Shown: positions 1 to 8,696, counted from the stretch's first letter. The stretch is 40,712 bases of DNA from a virus (IMGVR_UViG_3300045285_000049:1-40712); one strand, 5' to 3'. Notes: generated from the letters alone by a model not told the origin. Numbers and translations: made by a program.

Positions 1-202
1 CAACGATCCGGACGTGATGCCGGAGCAGGTGGACCTGACGTATCCTAGCTACGCTCTCGGCGCCCTGGCGCTGGCCGCACGGGCCGGCGTGCCGCAGGCA
101 CAGGCGTGTTACGACTGGCTGCTGGAGCAGATGCAAGCCAACACCGACGGCAACAGCTACTGTCGGCGCAAATGGGCGATGGCTTCGCCGGCGGGTTACT
201 GA
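1..202 (+). CDS. C-terminal end of the 572-aa protein that starts at 39196 (wraps the circular junction)
   Basis: Terminal GA (40711-40712) plus C (1) gives GAC, followed in frame by AAC GAT CCG GAC GTG ATG CCG to TGA at 200-202. Confidence 0.85.
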   Translation, partial: NDPDVMPEQVDLTYPSYALGALALAARAGVPQAQACYDWLLEQMQANTDGNSYCRRKWAMASPAGY

Positions 203-203
203 C

Positions 204-407
204 GTGGCTGAGGAACCGCACGTGAACGGCGTGCTGGCGTCGCTGCCAGACAAGCTGATGCGTGTGCTGCCACCGGCGATGGTGATGCTGTGTCTCATCA
301 ATATCGCATTCCTTGGCACCACCATGTGGTTGGTGCAGCACAACGCGGATTACCGCAACCAACTGCTCACCAGGATCGTGGAGTCGTGCCTGACGCGCCA
401 GCAGTGA
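204..407 (+). CDS. Small single-TM membrane protein (holin-like position, unproven)
   Basis: 67 aa, hydrophobic stretch VLPPAMVMLCLINIAFLGTTMWLV; last gene of the rightward late region. Confidence 0.55.
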   Translation: MAEEPHVNGVLASLPDKLMRVLPPAMVMLCLINIAFLGTTMWLVQHNADYRNQLLTRIVESCLTRQQ

Positions 408-448
408 CGTGCTAGGATGGCGCCTTACCGAACCATCCTCGGCCTCGG

Positions 449-478
449 CGCCCCCAAAGCCGGGGCCTTTTCTTTGGC
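449..478 (+). terminator. Possible intrinsic terminator ending the late transcript
   Basis: GCCCC...GGGGC stem followed by CTTTTCTTT, between convergent gene blocks. Confidence 0.35.
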
Positions 479-568
479 CTCGGGGCAAATAAGGCACTCC
501 TGCATATGGCGTGGTAAGCAGATTGAGCGAGGTTACGATGCGGGGCGTATAAGCGAGAGTTCCGTCCG

Positions 569-748
569 CTAAGGTGTGTTTTCGGACGTAACGCCGTCGC
601 TTTCACACGCCGCCTCGGCCGCCAGCAGCAGCATCGGCCCCGTCAACTCGGCGTTCGGCCGGATCACCCTGTAATGCACCAGCACGTTGCCCAAGGCTTC
701 GGCCAGCAGGTTGCGCTGGTGGCGCAGGCTCTCGATCGTATCGTCCAT
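569..748 (-). CDS. Hypothetical protein
   Basis: MDDTIESL..., GGAGG RBS upstream of ATG 748. Confidence 0.6.
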   Translation of the reverse strand: MDDTIESLRHQRNLLAEALGNVLVHYRVIRPNAELTGPMLLLAAEAACESDGVTSENTP

Positions 749-761
749 CGGGCTACCTCCG

Positions 762-953
762 CTAACTGGTCTTGTCGCGGGTAGGGGCGCCATACCCGTC
801 GGGGATCACGCGCCCCTCGATCTCGCAGGGCAGCGACGGATCGGCCATGAGGCGTCGGATGGCATCCTCCACCTCGGCGTCCTGTTGCCGGCGCTGCGCC
901 GGTATCAGGCGCAGGACACGCTGCCAGACAGTGCGGCGGCGAAAGGCGATCAT
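762..953 (-). CDS. Hypothetical protein
   Basis: MIAFRRR..., AAAGGTAG RBS-like sequence upstream. Confidence 0.55.
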   Translation of the reverse strand: MIAFRRRTVWQRVLRLIPAQRRQQDAEVEDAIRRLMADPSLPCEIEGRVIPDGYGAPTRDKTS

Positions 954-957
954 CAGG

Positions 958-1332
958 CTACCTTTCACAACGTCGATTAGCGGAGGTAAGCGAGCGACCA
1001 ACGATCCAGATCGGCACGCCAGCGACCCGCGCCTTGCGGATCATATCGGCGGTGCCGGCGCCACCTGGAAACGCGATAACAGCATCGGGCCGTTGCATCA
1101 GCATGGCGGTGTTACGGAGCGGTCCGGCCGATCGGCCTCGGCGCCAGTCTGCCGGAAACGCCAGCGCCTCGACGCCGTGCTCGGTGGCCCAGCGCGCCGC
1201 CAGTCGGTCTGCTCCGCGAGCGTCGCCGTGCAGGATGGTGGTTATGCCGTGGCGAGCGTGGAAGGCGCCAAGGCGCCGCCCCAGCGTCTCCACGTCTGCG
1301 TAATCTCTGCCACCACAGACAATCACGCGCAT
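958..1332 (-). CDS. SLOG family (DUF2493/YspA-like) protein
   Basis: [39 protein letters not shown] motifs. Confidence 0.85.
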   Translation of the reverse strand: MRVIVCGGRDYADVETLGRRLGAFHARHGITTILHGDARGADRLAARWATEHGVEALAFPADWRRGRSAGPLRNTAMLMQRPDAVIAFPGGAGTADMIRKARVAGVPIWIVGRSLTSANRRCER

Positions 1333-1353
1333 CGGCCACTCCATCAAACGCGA

Positions 1354-1485
1354 TTAGCGGAGGTAGGTGTTTCGCGGCAGAAACCGCCTCTGGTGTTTCA
1401 GCCTCCTGGCCACTAGGCGGCCAGCAACGCGCGTGCGGCAGTCGAAAATGAAGTCGAAGATGATGCGGTCATAAAACCGAAGCAT
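1354..1485 (-). CDS. Small hypothetical protein (43 aa, not in ORF track)
   Basis: MLRFYDRIIFDFIFDCRTRVAGRLVARRLKHQRRFLPRNTYLR with GGAG RBS. Confidence 0.5.
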   Translation of the reverse strand: MLRFYDRIIFDFIFDCRTRVAGRLVARRLKHQRRFLPRNTYLR

Positions 1486-1509
1486 CGGCCACTCCTGCAA
1501 TCGAGGGGT

Positions 1510-1704
1510 TCACTTGCCTGGAAGTTCAGGCACTTTGCCGCAGCCGCCGCATACCGGGCAGGAGCCGGGCAGGAACATCCTGGCCCGCTCCGTCAGGTCG
1601 GCGCTGAACAACTGCCCGAGACCGGTGCCGTCGCAGTTCTGGCAGACCTTCCAAGCCGGCTTCGGCATCGCCGCCGCCATCGCCGGGCAAATCAATGGGA
1701 TCAT
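1510..1704 (-). CDS. Small zinc-finger protein (CxxCxGxG repeats)
   Basis: CQNCDGTG ... CPVCGGCG; AGGAG RBS. Confidence 0.6.
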   Translation of the reverse strand: MIPLICPAMAAAMPKPAWKVCQNCDGTGLGQLFSADLTERARMFLPGSCPVCGGCGKVPELPGK

Positions 1705-1726
1705 GGCCACTCCTACAAACGAGCGT

Positions 1727-1933
1727 TTACGGGCGCTTTGTCGATTTGTAATTCCGGGCCGGAACCTGCAACCGCTCTAGCAGCGTCAGCATCACGCCGA
1801 CCCATTTCGGCACATCCTGCTCTCCGTCGATCCAGCGGCGCACGGTGCGCTCGTTGACGCCGGTATAGGCCGCGAATCCGCGCTGGCTGTGACCAACGCG
1901 GGCAAGGGCGGCTCGGAGTTCGGCGGCGGTCAT
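1727..1933 (-). CDS. XRE/Cro-like HTH protein
   Basis: MTAAELRAALARVGHSQRGFAAYTGVNERTVRRWIDG; overlaps the upstream stop codon. Confidence 0.8.
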   Translation of the reverse strand: MTAAELRAALARVGHSQRGFAAYTGVNERTVRRWIDGEQDVPKWVGVMLTLLERLQVPARNYKSTKRP

Positions 1934-2148
1934 AGACCCTGCCAGCCACGGTTGCGCCAAGCTTCGCTGATTTCGTCGTCGGACTTTGCTGGGAGCGCTC
2001 GACTTGCGAAGATGGCATCCAGGGCAAGCCGTGCGGCTTCGACTGTCGAGTGCCGGCTGATGATCCTATTGCCGTATAGCACGCGGATGTCTGTCTCAGA
2101 CTTATGTTGGATACAGTGCGTGAATGCCGGACGCCGGATCTTGGTCAT
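1930..2148 (-). CDS. Hypothetical protein co-transcribed with the HTH gene
   Basis: MTKIRRPAF..., RBS-like AAGGGA upstream. Confidence 0.6.
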   Translation of the reverse strand: MTKIRRPAFTHCIQHKSETDIRVLYGNRIISRHSTVEAARLALDAIFASRALPAKSDDEISEAWRNRGWQGL

Positions 2149-2176
2149 CGTCATTTCCCTTTCGGTGGGCACCATC

Positions 2177-2220
2177 GCCCTGACAAGGGCAACATAGGGC
2201 ATGACGCCCTATCCGATCAA
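2177..2220 (-). promoter_or_regulatory. Putative promoter (TTGATC-18-TATGTT) with operator palindromes
   Basis: ATAGGGC-N5-GCCCTAT at 2194-2212 and GCCCT-N4-AGGGC at 2177-2190. Confidence 0.5.
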
Positions 2221-2471
2221 TGTAAATCTGCATCTATTTTCAGGGCCTCCTCTTGCCGGATACCACCCTTGCCGCAGCGTGGGCAGGACGGGCCTGGGGC
2301 ATAGGCGATCTTGCAGTCGTCACACCACCACAGGCTCATGGATCCAAATCTCGGACGGATCGTATAGACATTGCCGCCCCGGATGACCCACGCAATCAGC
2401 GCTGACATGCCGGCGACAACTGCGAGCATCAGGCCGCCACACGATAGCCCAACGGCCATGTTCCAGTTCAT
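2217..2471 (-). CDS. Membrane-anchored protein with C-terminal CxxC...CxxC
   Basis: Hydrophobic N-terminus; CDDC and CPRC motifs. Confidence 0.5.
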   Translation of the reverse strand: MNWNMAVGLSCGGLMLAVVAGMSALIAWVIRGGNVYTIRPRFGSMSLWWCDDCKIAYAPGPSCPRCGKGGIRQEEALKIDADLH

Positions 2472-2553
2472 CGCATCAGCCTGTCCAAAGGATCATTCCC
2501 GCCGCCTGACGGCATCGTGGGCCTCTGCCCGGATGACATTCGCCCATTGCATA

Positions 2554-2736
2554 TCATCGGCCATCGTGAGGTACGAATTGCGCAAGTTGTGGTGCAAAGA
2601 TCATCACCAGAAAGGCGGCACAGAACGAGTGAATCGACGCGACGATAGCCTCCGCCCCTGTGAGTGTGCCGAACACCAACTGAGGTAGCACCAGAATGGC
2701 GGTTAAGGTGCTGGCGACAATGATTGATGCTTTCAC
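2554..2736 (-). CDS. Small two-TM membrane protein
   Basis: 60 aa, largely hydrophobic; overlaps the ERF stop codon. Confidence 0.45.
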   Translation of the reverse strand: MKASIIVASTLTAILVLPQLVFGTLTGAEAIVASIHSFCAAFLVMIFAPQLAQFVPHDGR

Positions 2737-3653
2737 GCCACACCCTCCGTCTCCGGCTCGTGCGCCTCGGTGCCGTCGTCGGCCGGCTCGGCAAATCGCT
2801 TGTAGCCGTTGGCCAGCAGTTCTGTGACACGGCGCTTAACATCCACCGGAGCACGCTTATCAGCCAGTGTGTTGCTGACCCTGAAATGGCCGCCGATCGC
2901 CAGGATTTCCTCCTGATCGGTGGCGGTCACCATCAGCAGGGTTTCCAGGTTCTTCAGCCACGTTGGGCCGTGATCCTCAAGCAGCGGCGATAGGTCAATG
3001 CTGACCGTGGGCGGTGGCGGCGCCTGGTAGGCATCGTTGGCGTCCACCGGAGCACGCTTGACGGGGGCACGGGACGTGGTTGTAGCAACGGCGCGGCGCG
3101 AGCCTTCGCCGTCGTCATCCTCGCCGGCCATATCCGCCAGCACGATATTGAACACCATGCCGAGCAGATACCGGCGCAGATACGTGACGACGCTGCCCAC
3201 AGCCTGCACCGGCGTCATGGCGATGCGACCGCCCTGCGAGCCTTGTGTGGTCACGGGGCTGTCGAGGTAGTTTTCCTCGAAATATCCCGCGTCATGCGCC
3301 ACGGTGCAGGTTATCCGCATCCAGCCGGGTTGTGGCGGTGGAGCTGAACCGAACCGCACAGAGAAGCCGTGACGTGTGTAGATCGGCCGCATCTGCTGGT
3401 CGATCGCTTCGAGCTTCGCGTATTTACTGCGCACACCGGGATTGGTGGAATCGCGCAGCACCGGCTCCATCTCGCTCTGGCATGATGCCATCGCGGCGTT
3501 GAACGCCCGGCGCGACTGGTCGTGGGCCTCATCACGGCGCACGCGCAGCAGCGTCTCGAACTTCGCCACGTCGAAAGTTTCGTCTTTGGCGGCACGCTCT
3601 ATGAACGACATCAGGGCGCCGTTGGCTGGAATGATCTCGTTCATGTCAGGCAC
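2733..3653 (-). CDS. erf: ERF-family ssDNA annealing recombinase
   Basis: SKYAKLEAID, HGFSVRF and QAVGSVVTYLRRY...EDDDG are ERF signatures. Confidence 0.85.
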   Translation of the reverse strand: MPDMNEIIPANGALMSFIERAAKDETFDVAKFETLLRVRRDEAHDQSRRAFNAAMASCQSEMEPVLRDSTNPGVRSKYAKLEAIDQQMRPIYTRHGFSVRFGSAPPPQPGWMRITCTVAHDAGYFEENYLDSPVTTQGSQGGRIAMTPVQAVGSVVTYLRRYLLGMVFNIVLADMAGEDDDGEGSRRAVATTTSRAPVKRAPVDANDAYQAPPPPTVSIDLSPLLEDHGPTWLKNLETLLMVTATDQEEILAIGGHFRVSNTLADKRAPVDVKRRVTELLANGYKRFAEPADDGTEAHEPETEGVA

Positions 3654-4113
3654 TCCGCAGGGTCAAAACTGGCGTCAGGTTCGATTGTTCGGCGCCCTCG
3701 ACCGGGCCGGAGCGTAGCGCTTTGGCTATGGCCAGCATGTCGGGCGATGTGCGCAGCAACTCGGGCGGGAGCCTGCCGGCGTCGGTGACGATCGCCTTGC
3801 TGCGGTAAGCAACTGATGCCGTGTAGAGCGGGCGCTCTGCGCCTTCGATGCCGGCGGCTTGCAGTAGGCGCTGCACCTTGTCGCGGTTCACCTCAATGCG
3901 GGCCTCGATACGCTTGATGCGTTCGCGGGCAAGCTCGACAAGCTTGGCGTCGGCAATCGCTAGTTCGGCCACATCATCGAGCAGGGCGAAGAAGCGCGTT
4001 TCGCCTTCCAGCGTGTCGTAGCGCAGCTTCATATCGTCGTCCGGCATGTCCGCGAGGATCTGCGACACCTCGGACATCACGCTCTCGATGCGGTAGGGGC
4101 TGATATTAGCCAT
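3646..4113 (-). CDS. Siphovirus Gp157-like protein
   Basis: YDTLEGET, coiled coil, PDMLAIAKALRSGPVEGAEQSN C-terminus; adjacent to the recombinase. Confidence 0.7.
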   Translation of the reverse strand: MANISPYRIESVMSEVSQILADMPDDDMKLRYDTLEGETRFFALLDDVAELAIADAKLVELARERIKRIEARIEVNRDKVQRLLQAAGIEGAERPLYTASVAYRSKAIVTDAGRLPPELLRTSPDMLAIAKALRSGPVEGAEQSNLTPVLTLRSA

Positions 4114-4333
4114 TGACGACCTCCAGTGGCGCCTTGCGGCGATAGGGTCGCGCGCTGGCGCGCTTCATCATCGAGAACTCCTGCTCGTGGATCTTGACGC
4201 CGGAGTCCTTCATGGCGACGGTGAACTGCTGCCAGGCAGCGGCTACCTTGGCGAGCGTTGCGGCCATCTCGACGGGATCTAGGGGCAGCGCAACGCGGAT
4301 GGTCGCTACTACCTGTTGAACACGGTCAGCCAC
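4106..4333 (-). CDS. Hypothetical protein
   Basis: Overlap-coupled ORF in the early left operon. Confidence 0.55.
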   Translation of the reverse strand: MADRVQQVVATIRVALPLDPVEMAATLAKVAAAWQQFTVAMKDSGVKIHEQEFSMMKRASARPYRRKAPLEVVNG

Positions 4334-4559
4334 TGCAGTCGCTCCACATGAGATCTTGCATCACCTCGGCGGCGCGCTGGCGAGCGTCGATCGCGCGCAT
4401 GGCGTCGGTTACCTGCTCAGGAAGTTCGAGGTCGGCGATCGAGCGCAGCAGCGCGCTCGCACGGTGGCGCCAGTGGCTGTCGCCGTTCACGGCGGCCTGG
4501 AGCGCTGTCACCAACTCCTGCGCGCGTAGCTCGGCTACGATCCTCGCGGCATCGATCAT
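4326..4559 (-). CDS. Hypothetical protein
   Basis: GGAGG RBS, ATGA overlap with the upstream ORF. Confidence 0.6.
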   Translation of the reverse strand: MIDAARIVAELRAQELVTALQAAVNGDSHWRHRASALLRSIADLELPEQVTDAMRAIDARQRAAEVMQDLMWSDCSG

Positions 4560-4759
4560 GCGGCCCTCCTGACTTGGTTGCGTGCGATCGCCGCCTCGAA
4601 TGCCAGCCTTTCCGGCCGGAGGTAGCGGCGGCGGAACTCGCGGATCTGGCCGAGCGCGATGCCGCGCCAGTAGTCGCGGTCAGCGCCGGTGGCGTGGGAC
4701 CATTCCGCTATGGCAGCGAGCATGTCTCGTATGCGTGCGTCACGCATGTTTTTTGACAT
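4556..4759 (-). CDS. Hypothetical protein (start uncertain)
   Basis: MSKNMRDARIRDMLAAI...VRRAA; first gene of the left operon. Confidence 0.5.
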   Translation of the reverse strand: MSKNMRDARIRDMLAAIAEWSHATGADRDYWRGIALGQIREFRRRYLRPERLAFEAAIARNQVRRAA

Positions 4760-5265
4760 TTGGCAAAGATGCGCCACTAGACCACTCCCGGCAGATATCC
4801 GGGCGGCAGCGGCACCGGGAAGCGCGGCCTGGGGATGGGGTGGCAATCCGTAGCAACGGTATTGGGTTGCCCGGCAATGCTGAGATAGTAACGCACCCGC
4901 TCGGCAGAATGTTCCGCAGATGCATTCACGCTGCATTCACGGTGCGACTGGGATTGTATGTGTGCGCGCAACAATTCTTCGCTTGCACGCAGGTAGTTTT
5001 GCGTTACAGGCTTGTGACCCCCAGCGTCGCAGGCGCGGATCTCCGGGCGTGGTGGGATGCCGCCGTCAGTGGGCAAGGCAATTAGGTCAGGGGGTGTTGA
5101 ACAATGCTCCACGTGCCGGACTCCGAGATAGGTCTATCTGCGGAGTGCTTACAATCTGTAAGCATGAGACGCAAGATTAAATGTCCGTTGTGTGGGCAAA
5201 AATCTTTGTGGCTGAGTGAAGTCGATGACGCGGGTAGCGGGTGGGACAGGCAGCCGCAGGCGGAT

Positions 5266-5628
5266 TTACGAATGCACGCCCTGGCGGTTGCCCTCTATCT
5301 CGACGCGAACCCCGAAGCTTATGCGCATGAGTTTGAGCAGGTTCTCGCGCTGCCGCTTTGACATGCGGCGGTAGGTGTCAAGGAGTTCCGTTTCCTCGGG
5401 AAGTACCTGATGGGGTTGGTATTTCCCGTGGATTTCGTCGAACAGCAGCCACGCCGGCTCTTTGAAAGTCAGCTCGGCGATCTTGCAGACGGTGGTGACT
5501 GATGGATCGCGCTGGCCGGTCTCCCATAGCGCGATGGCGCCATGGGTAACGCCGAGGGCCTTGGCCAGATCGCGCTGGGTCAGGTCGGCTTCTGTCCTGG
5601 CTTCTCTGATTCGGTCGGCGACGCTCAT
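5266..5628 (-). CDS. CI-like XRE HTH repressor, no S24 peptidase domain visible
   Basis: RIREARTEADLTQRDLAKALGVTHGAIALWETGQRDP; divergent from a cro-like gene. Confidence 0.85.
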   Translation of the reverse strand: MSVADRIREARTEADLTQRDLAKALGVTHGAIALWETGQRDPSVTTVCKIAELTFKEPAWLLFDEIHGKYQPHQVLPEETELLDTYRRMSKRQRENLLKLMRISFGVRVEIEGNRQGVHS

Positions 5629-5740
5629 CCAGTACATTCTAAGCCCTACTTGGTGAGGTAAGGTCAACAAGTCTCGCATTGTGGCCGCCGCCAGGCAACC
5701 GCCCCGCTTGCTTACTTGGGATCACGGGGCGTAACCTGCC

Positions 5741-5941
5741 ATGAGAATGTCATCCGGGGTGGAACTCCTTCGCATGGAACGGGGATTGCTATCACTGGTG
5801 GCGCGTAGCCTGGGGGTAACCCGTGGCGCGGTAGCGAAATGGCGCCACGTACCGGCGGAACGTGTGTTGGCGGTCGAGAAATGCACCGGCATCCCCCGTG
5901 AGCGGCTGCGGCCCGACCTTTACAAGCCTCGGCGGCGGTGA
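5741..5941 (+). CDS. Cro/YdaS-like repressor
   Basis: VARSLGVTRGAVAKWRHVPAERVLAVEKCTGIPRERLRPDLY. Confidence 0.85.
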   Translation: MRMSSGVELLRMERGLLSLVARSLGVTRGAVAKWRHVPAERVLAVEKCTGIPRERLRPDLYKPRRR

Positions 5942-6345
5942 TGCCGGTCTATTTCATACGTGTCAGCGATACAGGTCCGGTCAAGATCGGCTGGACGGGC
6001 AACGTCGAAGTCAGGCGCAAGAACCTCCAGGGCAACCACGTTGAGCCGCTTCATCTACTCCGCGTCATCGAGGGCAGCCGGCAGCGAGAAAGGTGGTTGC
6101 ATCGGCACTTTGCGGCGCTAAGGCTGACGGGCGAATGGTTCCGGTTCGACGCTGAGATGCTGACCATTGAACCGCCGGAGTTCAATGGGTTGAAGCCACC
6201 GAAGGAGCCGCCCCCGCCGAAACCGCTGCCGGCGCTGGTTTCATGGGCGCCCAGCTATCCGAAGCCGAAGCCGTCGCGCCTGATCTCATGGGCTGCGGAC
6301 AGATGCACGATCTTCAGCCCGTGCGCGGAGTGCCGCGTGCCATGA
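5938..6345 (+). CDS. GIY-YIG (T5orf172/MUG113-like) nuclease-domain protein
   Basis: VYFI...VKIGWT...RRKNLQ...ERWLHRHF...GEWF. Confidence 0.8.
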   Translation: MMPVYFIRVSDTGPVKIGWTGNVEVRRKNLQGNHVEPLHLLRVIEGSRQRERWLHRHFAALRLTGEWFRFDAEMLTIEPPEFNGLKPPKEPPPPKPLPALVSWAPSYPKPKPSRLISWAADRCTIFSPCAECRVP

Positions 6346-6629
6346 CCGCCCGCCCGTGGACCTGCGGCGAGGTGATCCGCGCACGCAAGCGCGAGGCCGC
6401 CGGCATGTCGCACGCGGACATCGCGCTGGGCCTGGGCCGCACGGAGCGGGCGGTGCGGGCGAAGCTGTTCAAGGAGCGCGGCGGTGCTCGCCCGAAGCCA
6501 GGTCCGGTGCCGATGCCGCACGCGGCGCAGCAGGCCCGCGAGGCACTGGCTTGGGAGTTGGCTGTTGCCCGCGCCGAGCGTGCCACGGCGCCGCTGCTGC
6601 GGTCCTGGCCTAGTGGGCTGTGGCCGTGA
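6342..6629 (+). CDS. Small HTH protein (resembles GcrA N-terminus)
   Basis: RPWT...AGMSHADIALGLGRTERAVRAKL. Confidence 0.6.
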   Translation: MTARPWTCGEVIRARKREAAGMSHADIALGLGRTERAVRAKLFKERGGARPKPGPVPMPHAAQQAREALAWELAVARAERATAPLLRSWPSGLWP

Positions 6630-6799
6630 CCGACGATCCAGCGCCTGTGTTCGTGTGCGACCTGTGCGCCGAGCCGGCGATCTCTATCGCGCCGGGCGAT
6701 GCACCGGAGGTCTGCGATCTCTTCCGCCTGAGCCGTGGCACGCCGCGGCGTCAATGGTGCCTGGCCTGCTGGCCGGCAATGCGGGAGATGGCGGCATGA
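6626..6799 (+). CDS. Small Cys-rich protein (57 aa, not in ORF track)
   Basis: GTG start overlapping the upstream stop; CDLC...WCLAC; stop overlaps the next ATG. Confidence 0.55.
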   Translation: MTDDPAPVFVCDLCAEPAISIAPGDAPEVCDLFRLSRGTPRRQWCLACWPAMREMAA

Positions 6800-7203
6800 G
6801 CGGCGGCGTGGTCACGGCCTCGCTGCTGCCGGAGCGTGGGGTTAGGCGGCGGCACGAGGAGGCCGACACCCAGCACACCGTGATGCAGTTCCTGGCCCGC
6901 GCGCTGCCGGACAACGCCATTGCGAACCACTCACCGGGTGAGGGCAAGCGCAGCAAGGCGGCACAGGTCGCGCTGCGGCGGTCAGGCTATCAGGCTGGCT
7001 GGCCCGACATTGAGATCCTGTGGCGCGGCAAGACGCTGTTCATCGAATTGAAGTCGGCGGCCGGGCGGTTATCACCGGCACAGAGGGAAACGCAGCGGAA
7101 GCTGATCTATTGCGGGTTTGACGTGTGCGTCTGCCGTTCGCCCGAGGACGTGCAGGCGGCGCTGCTGGAGATCGGCATCCCGCTGCGGGCGCGACTGTCA
7201 TGA
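6796..7203 (+). CDS. VRR-NUC domain nuclease / Holliday junction resolvase
   Basis: AGWPDIEIL...FIELKSAAGRLSPAQ PD-(D/E)xK motif. Confidence 0.85.
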   Translation: MSGGVVTASLLPERGVRRRHEEADTQHTVMQFLARALPDNAIANHSPGEGKRSKAAQVALRRSGYQAGWPDIEILWRGKTLFIELKSAAGRLSPAQRETQRKLIYCGFDVCVCRSPEDVQAALLEIGIPLRARLS

Positions 7204-7496
7204 CCGCGCGCAAGCCCCCTGCGCCGCCCGGGCGGCGTGTGATCGCGCACAACGTGCTGCGGCCTGGTCCCGATGGCGGATACCTCGGCGATCTCGCGTG
7301 GTGGGCCTACCGCTACGGCGTCGAGGTCCGCCGGCATCCTGATGGCGTCGAGGTCACGGTGTTCGAGGAGGTCGGCCGGGCGCCTGGTATGCCCGCGGCC
7401 TACCGTCAGCCGGCGATCGACGGGGAGACACCCCGTGACCCGGACGAAGTGCTGGCGAGCGTTATATACCACCCGGCGGACGGGGAAGCGGTATGA
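7200..7496 (+). CDS. Hypothetical protein
   Basis: ATGA overlaps at both ends. Confidence 0.55.
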   Translation: MTARKPPAPPGRRVIAHNVLRPGPDGGYLGDLAWWAYRYGVEVRRHPDGVEVTVFEEVGRAPGMPAAYRQPAIDGETPRDPDEVLASVIYHPADGEAV

Positions 7497-7894
7497 GCCT
7501 CAAGCTGTGCAAGGACTGCCGCTGGGTCGATTGGTATCTGCCCACGCTGGGCAAAGACATCCCTGGCAATGCGATGTGTCGGCATCCGACATCGATCAGG
7601 CCGGCCCGGACGAATCTGATAACCGGGGCTGTCAGGCCGGCAGAGTCTGCGTCCTGCACGGAAGTCCGCCAGTCATTGGTCAAGGACCGGTGCGGCGAGG
7701 TTGGCCAGTGCTGGGAACCCAGAGGCTACCAAGCGTCTGTTGAGACCGAACTAGAGGATGCTCGCAATGAGGAATGGATCGTAGCGCTGAAGGCTCTCGG
7801 CAAGTTCATGGACGAAGGGTTGGACTTTAGGAGCGCATGCGGGCGGTGGCTCGAAGAAAGAACGCGTGGGGGCTGTGATGCTGCAAGCACATGA
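7493..7894 (+). CDS. Cys-rich hypothetical protein
   Basis: CKDCRW...CRHP...C...CGEVGQCW. Confidence 0.6.
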   Translation: MSLKLCKDCRWVDWYLPTLGKDIPGNAMCRHPTSIRPARTNLITGAVRPAESASCTEVRQSLVKDRCGEVGQCWEPRGYQASVETELEDARNEEWIVALKALGKFMDEGLDFRSACGRWLEERTRGGCDAAST

Positions 7895-8696
7895 TCTGAC
7901 GCTGCTGGACGACGAGCCGCGGATTCTAGATCTGCGGGTTGCCGAGGCGTTGGACTTCGATCGGCCACGGAATATCCGTAAGCTGATTGAACGAAACACT
8001 GAGGAGTTAGAACGGCATGGGACTTTGCTCCACCATGGAGCAAAGTCCACTGGAGGCCGTCCGTCGGCTGAGTATTGGCTGAACAGAAACCAAGCCATCT
8101 GTATCTGCATGAAGTCGGACGCGCCGCGCGCGGCGGAAGTCCGGGTTGAAATCATCGCGGTGTTTGCGGCGTGGCTGGATGGCCGGCTGCTGCCTAGCAC
8201 CAGCGTGCCGATCACAGCCGAGACTATCGGCTCCATCTTCGAGATGAAGCTGATCCCGGTGAGGCACGATATCCAGCAACTGGACACCAAGGTTGCCAGG
8301 ATTGATGCGAATGTGGTGTTCCTCAACAATCGCGTCGATGACATTGTGCCAAATCGAGCATTCTCTGTGGCATGCACACGTCAATGGAAAACCGTAATAC
8401 TTAAGTATTATAACGGGGAATGCCCAAGTTGCCGCAAGATCACAATCGTGGATGATGCTGGTAGTTCTATCGATGGCGTTTGGAACGACGATCACTTCGA
8501 GGGTCGTGAGCTTAATAGGGTGGCCAACGGCTGGGGTGTCTGTTGCGGCTGCAATCAGAAGATGAAGAACGACCCCTTGTTCAAAATCAGCCGTCGCCAG
8601 CACTTTCAGGTGTTCCATGACTATCGCGTGGTGCTGTTTGGCCGCGACAGGTTGCCGCGCGAGGCGGTGGACCAGATGGAACTCAGCCTACAATGA
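7878..8696 (+). CDS. Antirepressor-like N-terminal domain, coiled coil and HNH-like C-terminal domain
   Basis: DLRVAEALDFDRPRNIRKLIERN...GGRPSAEYWLN; C-terminal CPSC...DHF...CCGCN. Confidence 0.6.
   Translation: MLQAHDLTLLDDEPRILDLRVAEALDFDRPRNIRKLIERNTEELERHGTLLHHGAKSTGGRPSAEYWLNRNQAICICMKSDAPRAAEVRVEIIAVFAAWLDGRLLPSTSVPITAETIGSIFEMKLIPVRHDIQQLDTKVARIDANVVFLNNRVDDIVPNRAFSVACTRQWKTVILKYYNGECPSCRKITIVDDAGSSIDGVWNDDHFEGRELNRVANGWGVCCGCNQKMKNDPLFKISRRQHFQVFHDYRVVLFGRDRLPREAVDQMELSLQ

Larger units (their letters stand above)
753..1366. repeat. Short repeats at gene boundaries: CGATTAGCGGAGGTA at 974-988 and 1351-1365; inverted copy CTACCTCCGCTAA at 753-765
   Basis: Exact matches read from the sequence. 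Confidence 0.85.

Noticed and set aside
5086-5112. Fourth copy of the two-hairpin element (GGTCAG then GGGGTGTTG-AA-CAATGCTCC)
   Set aside because: Hairpin is short and the AGCC and CGCTT anchors are missing; not counted.
4760-5265. Genes in the region left of cI (4777-5112, 4582-5085, 5104-5361)
   Set aside because: Overlapping ORFs on both strands with no RBS or motif support; probably regulatory, and I could not define operators.
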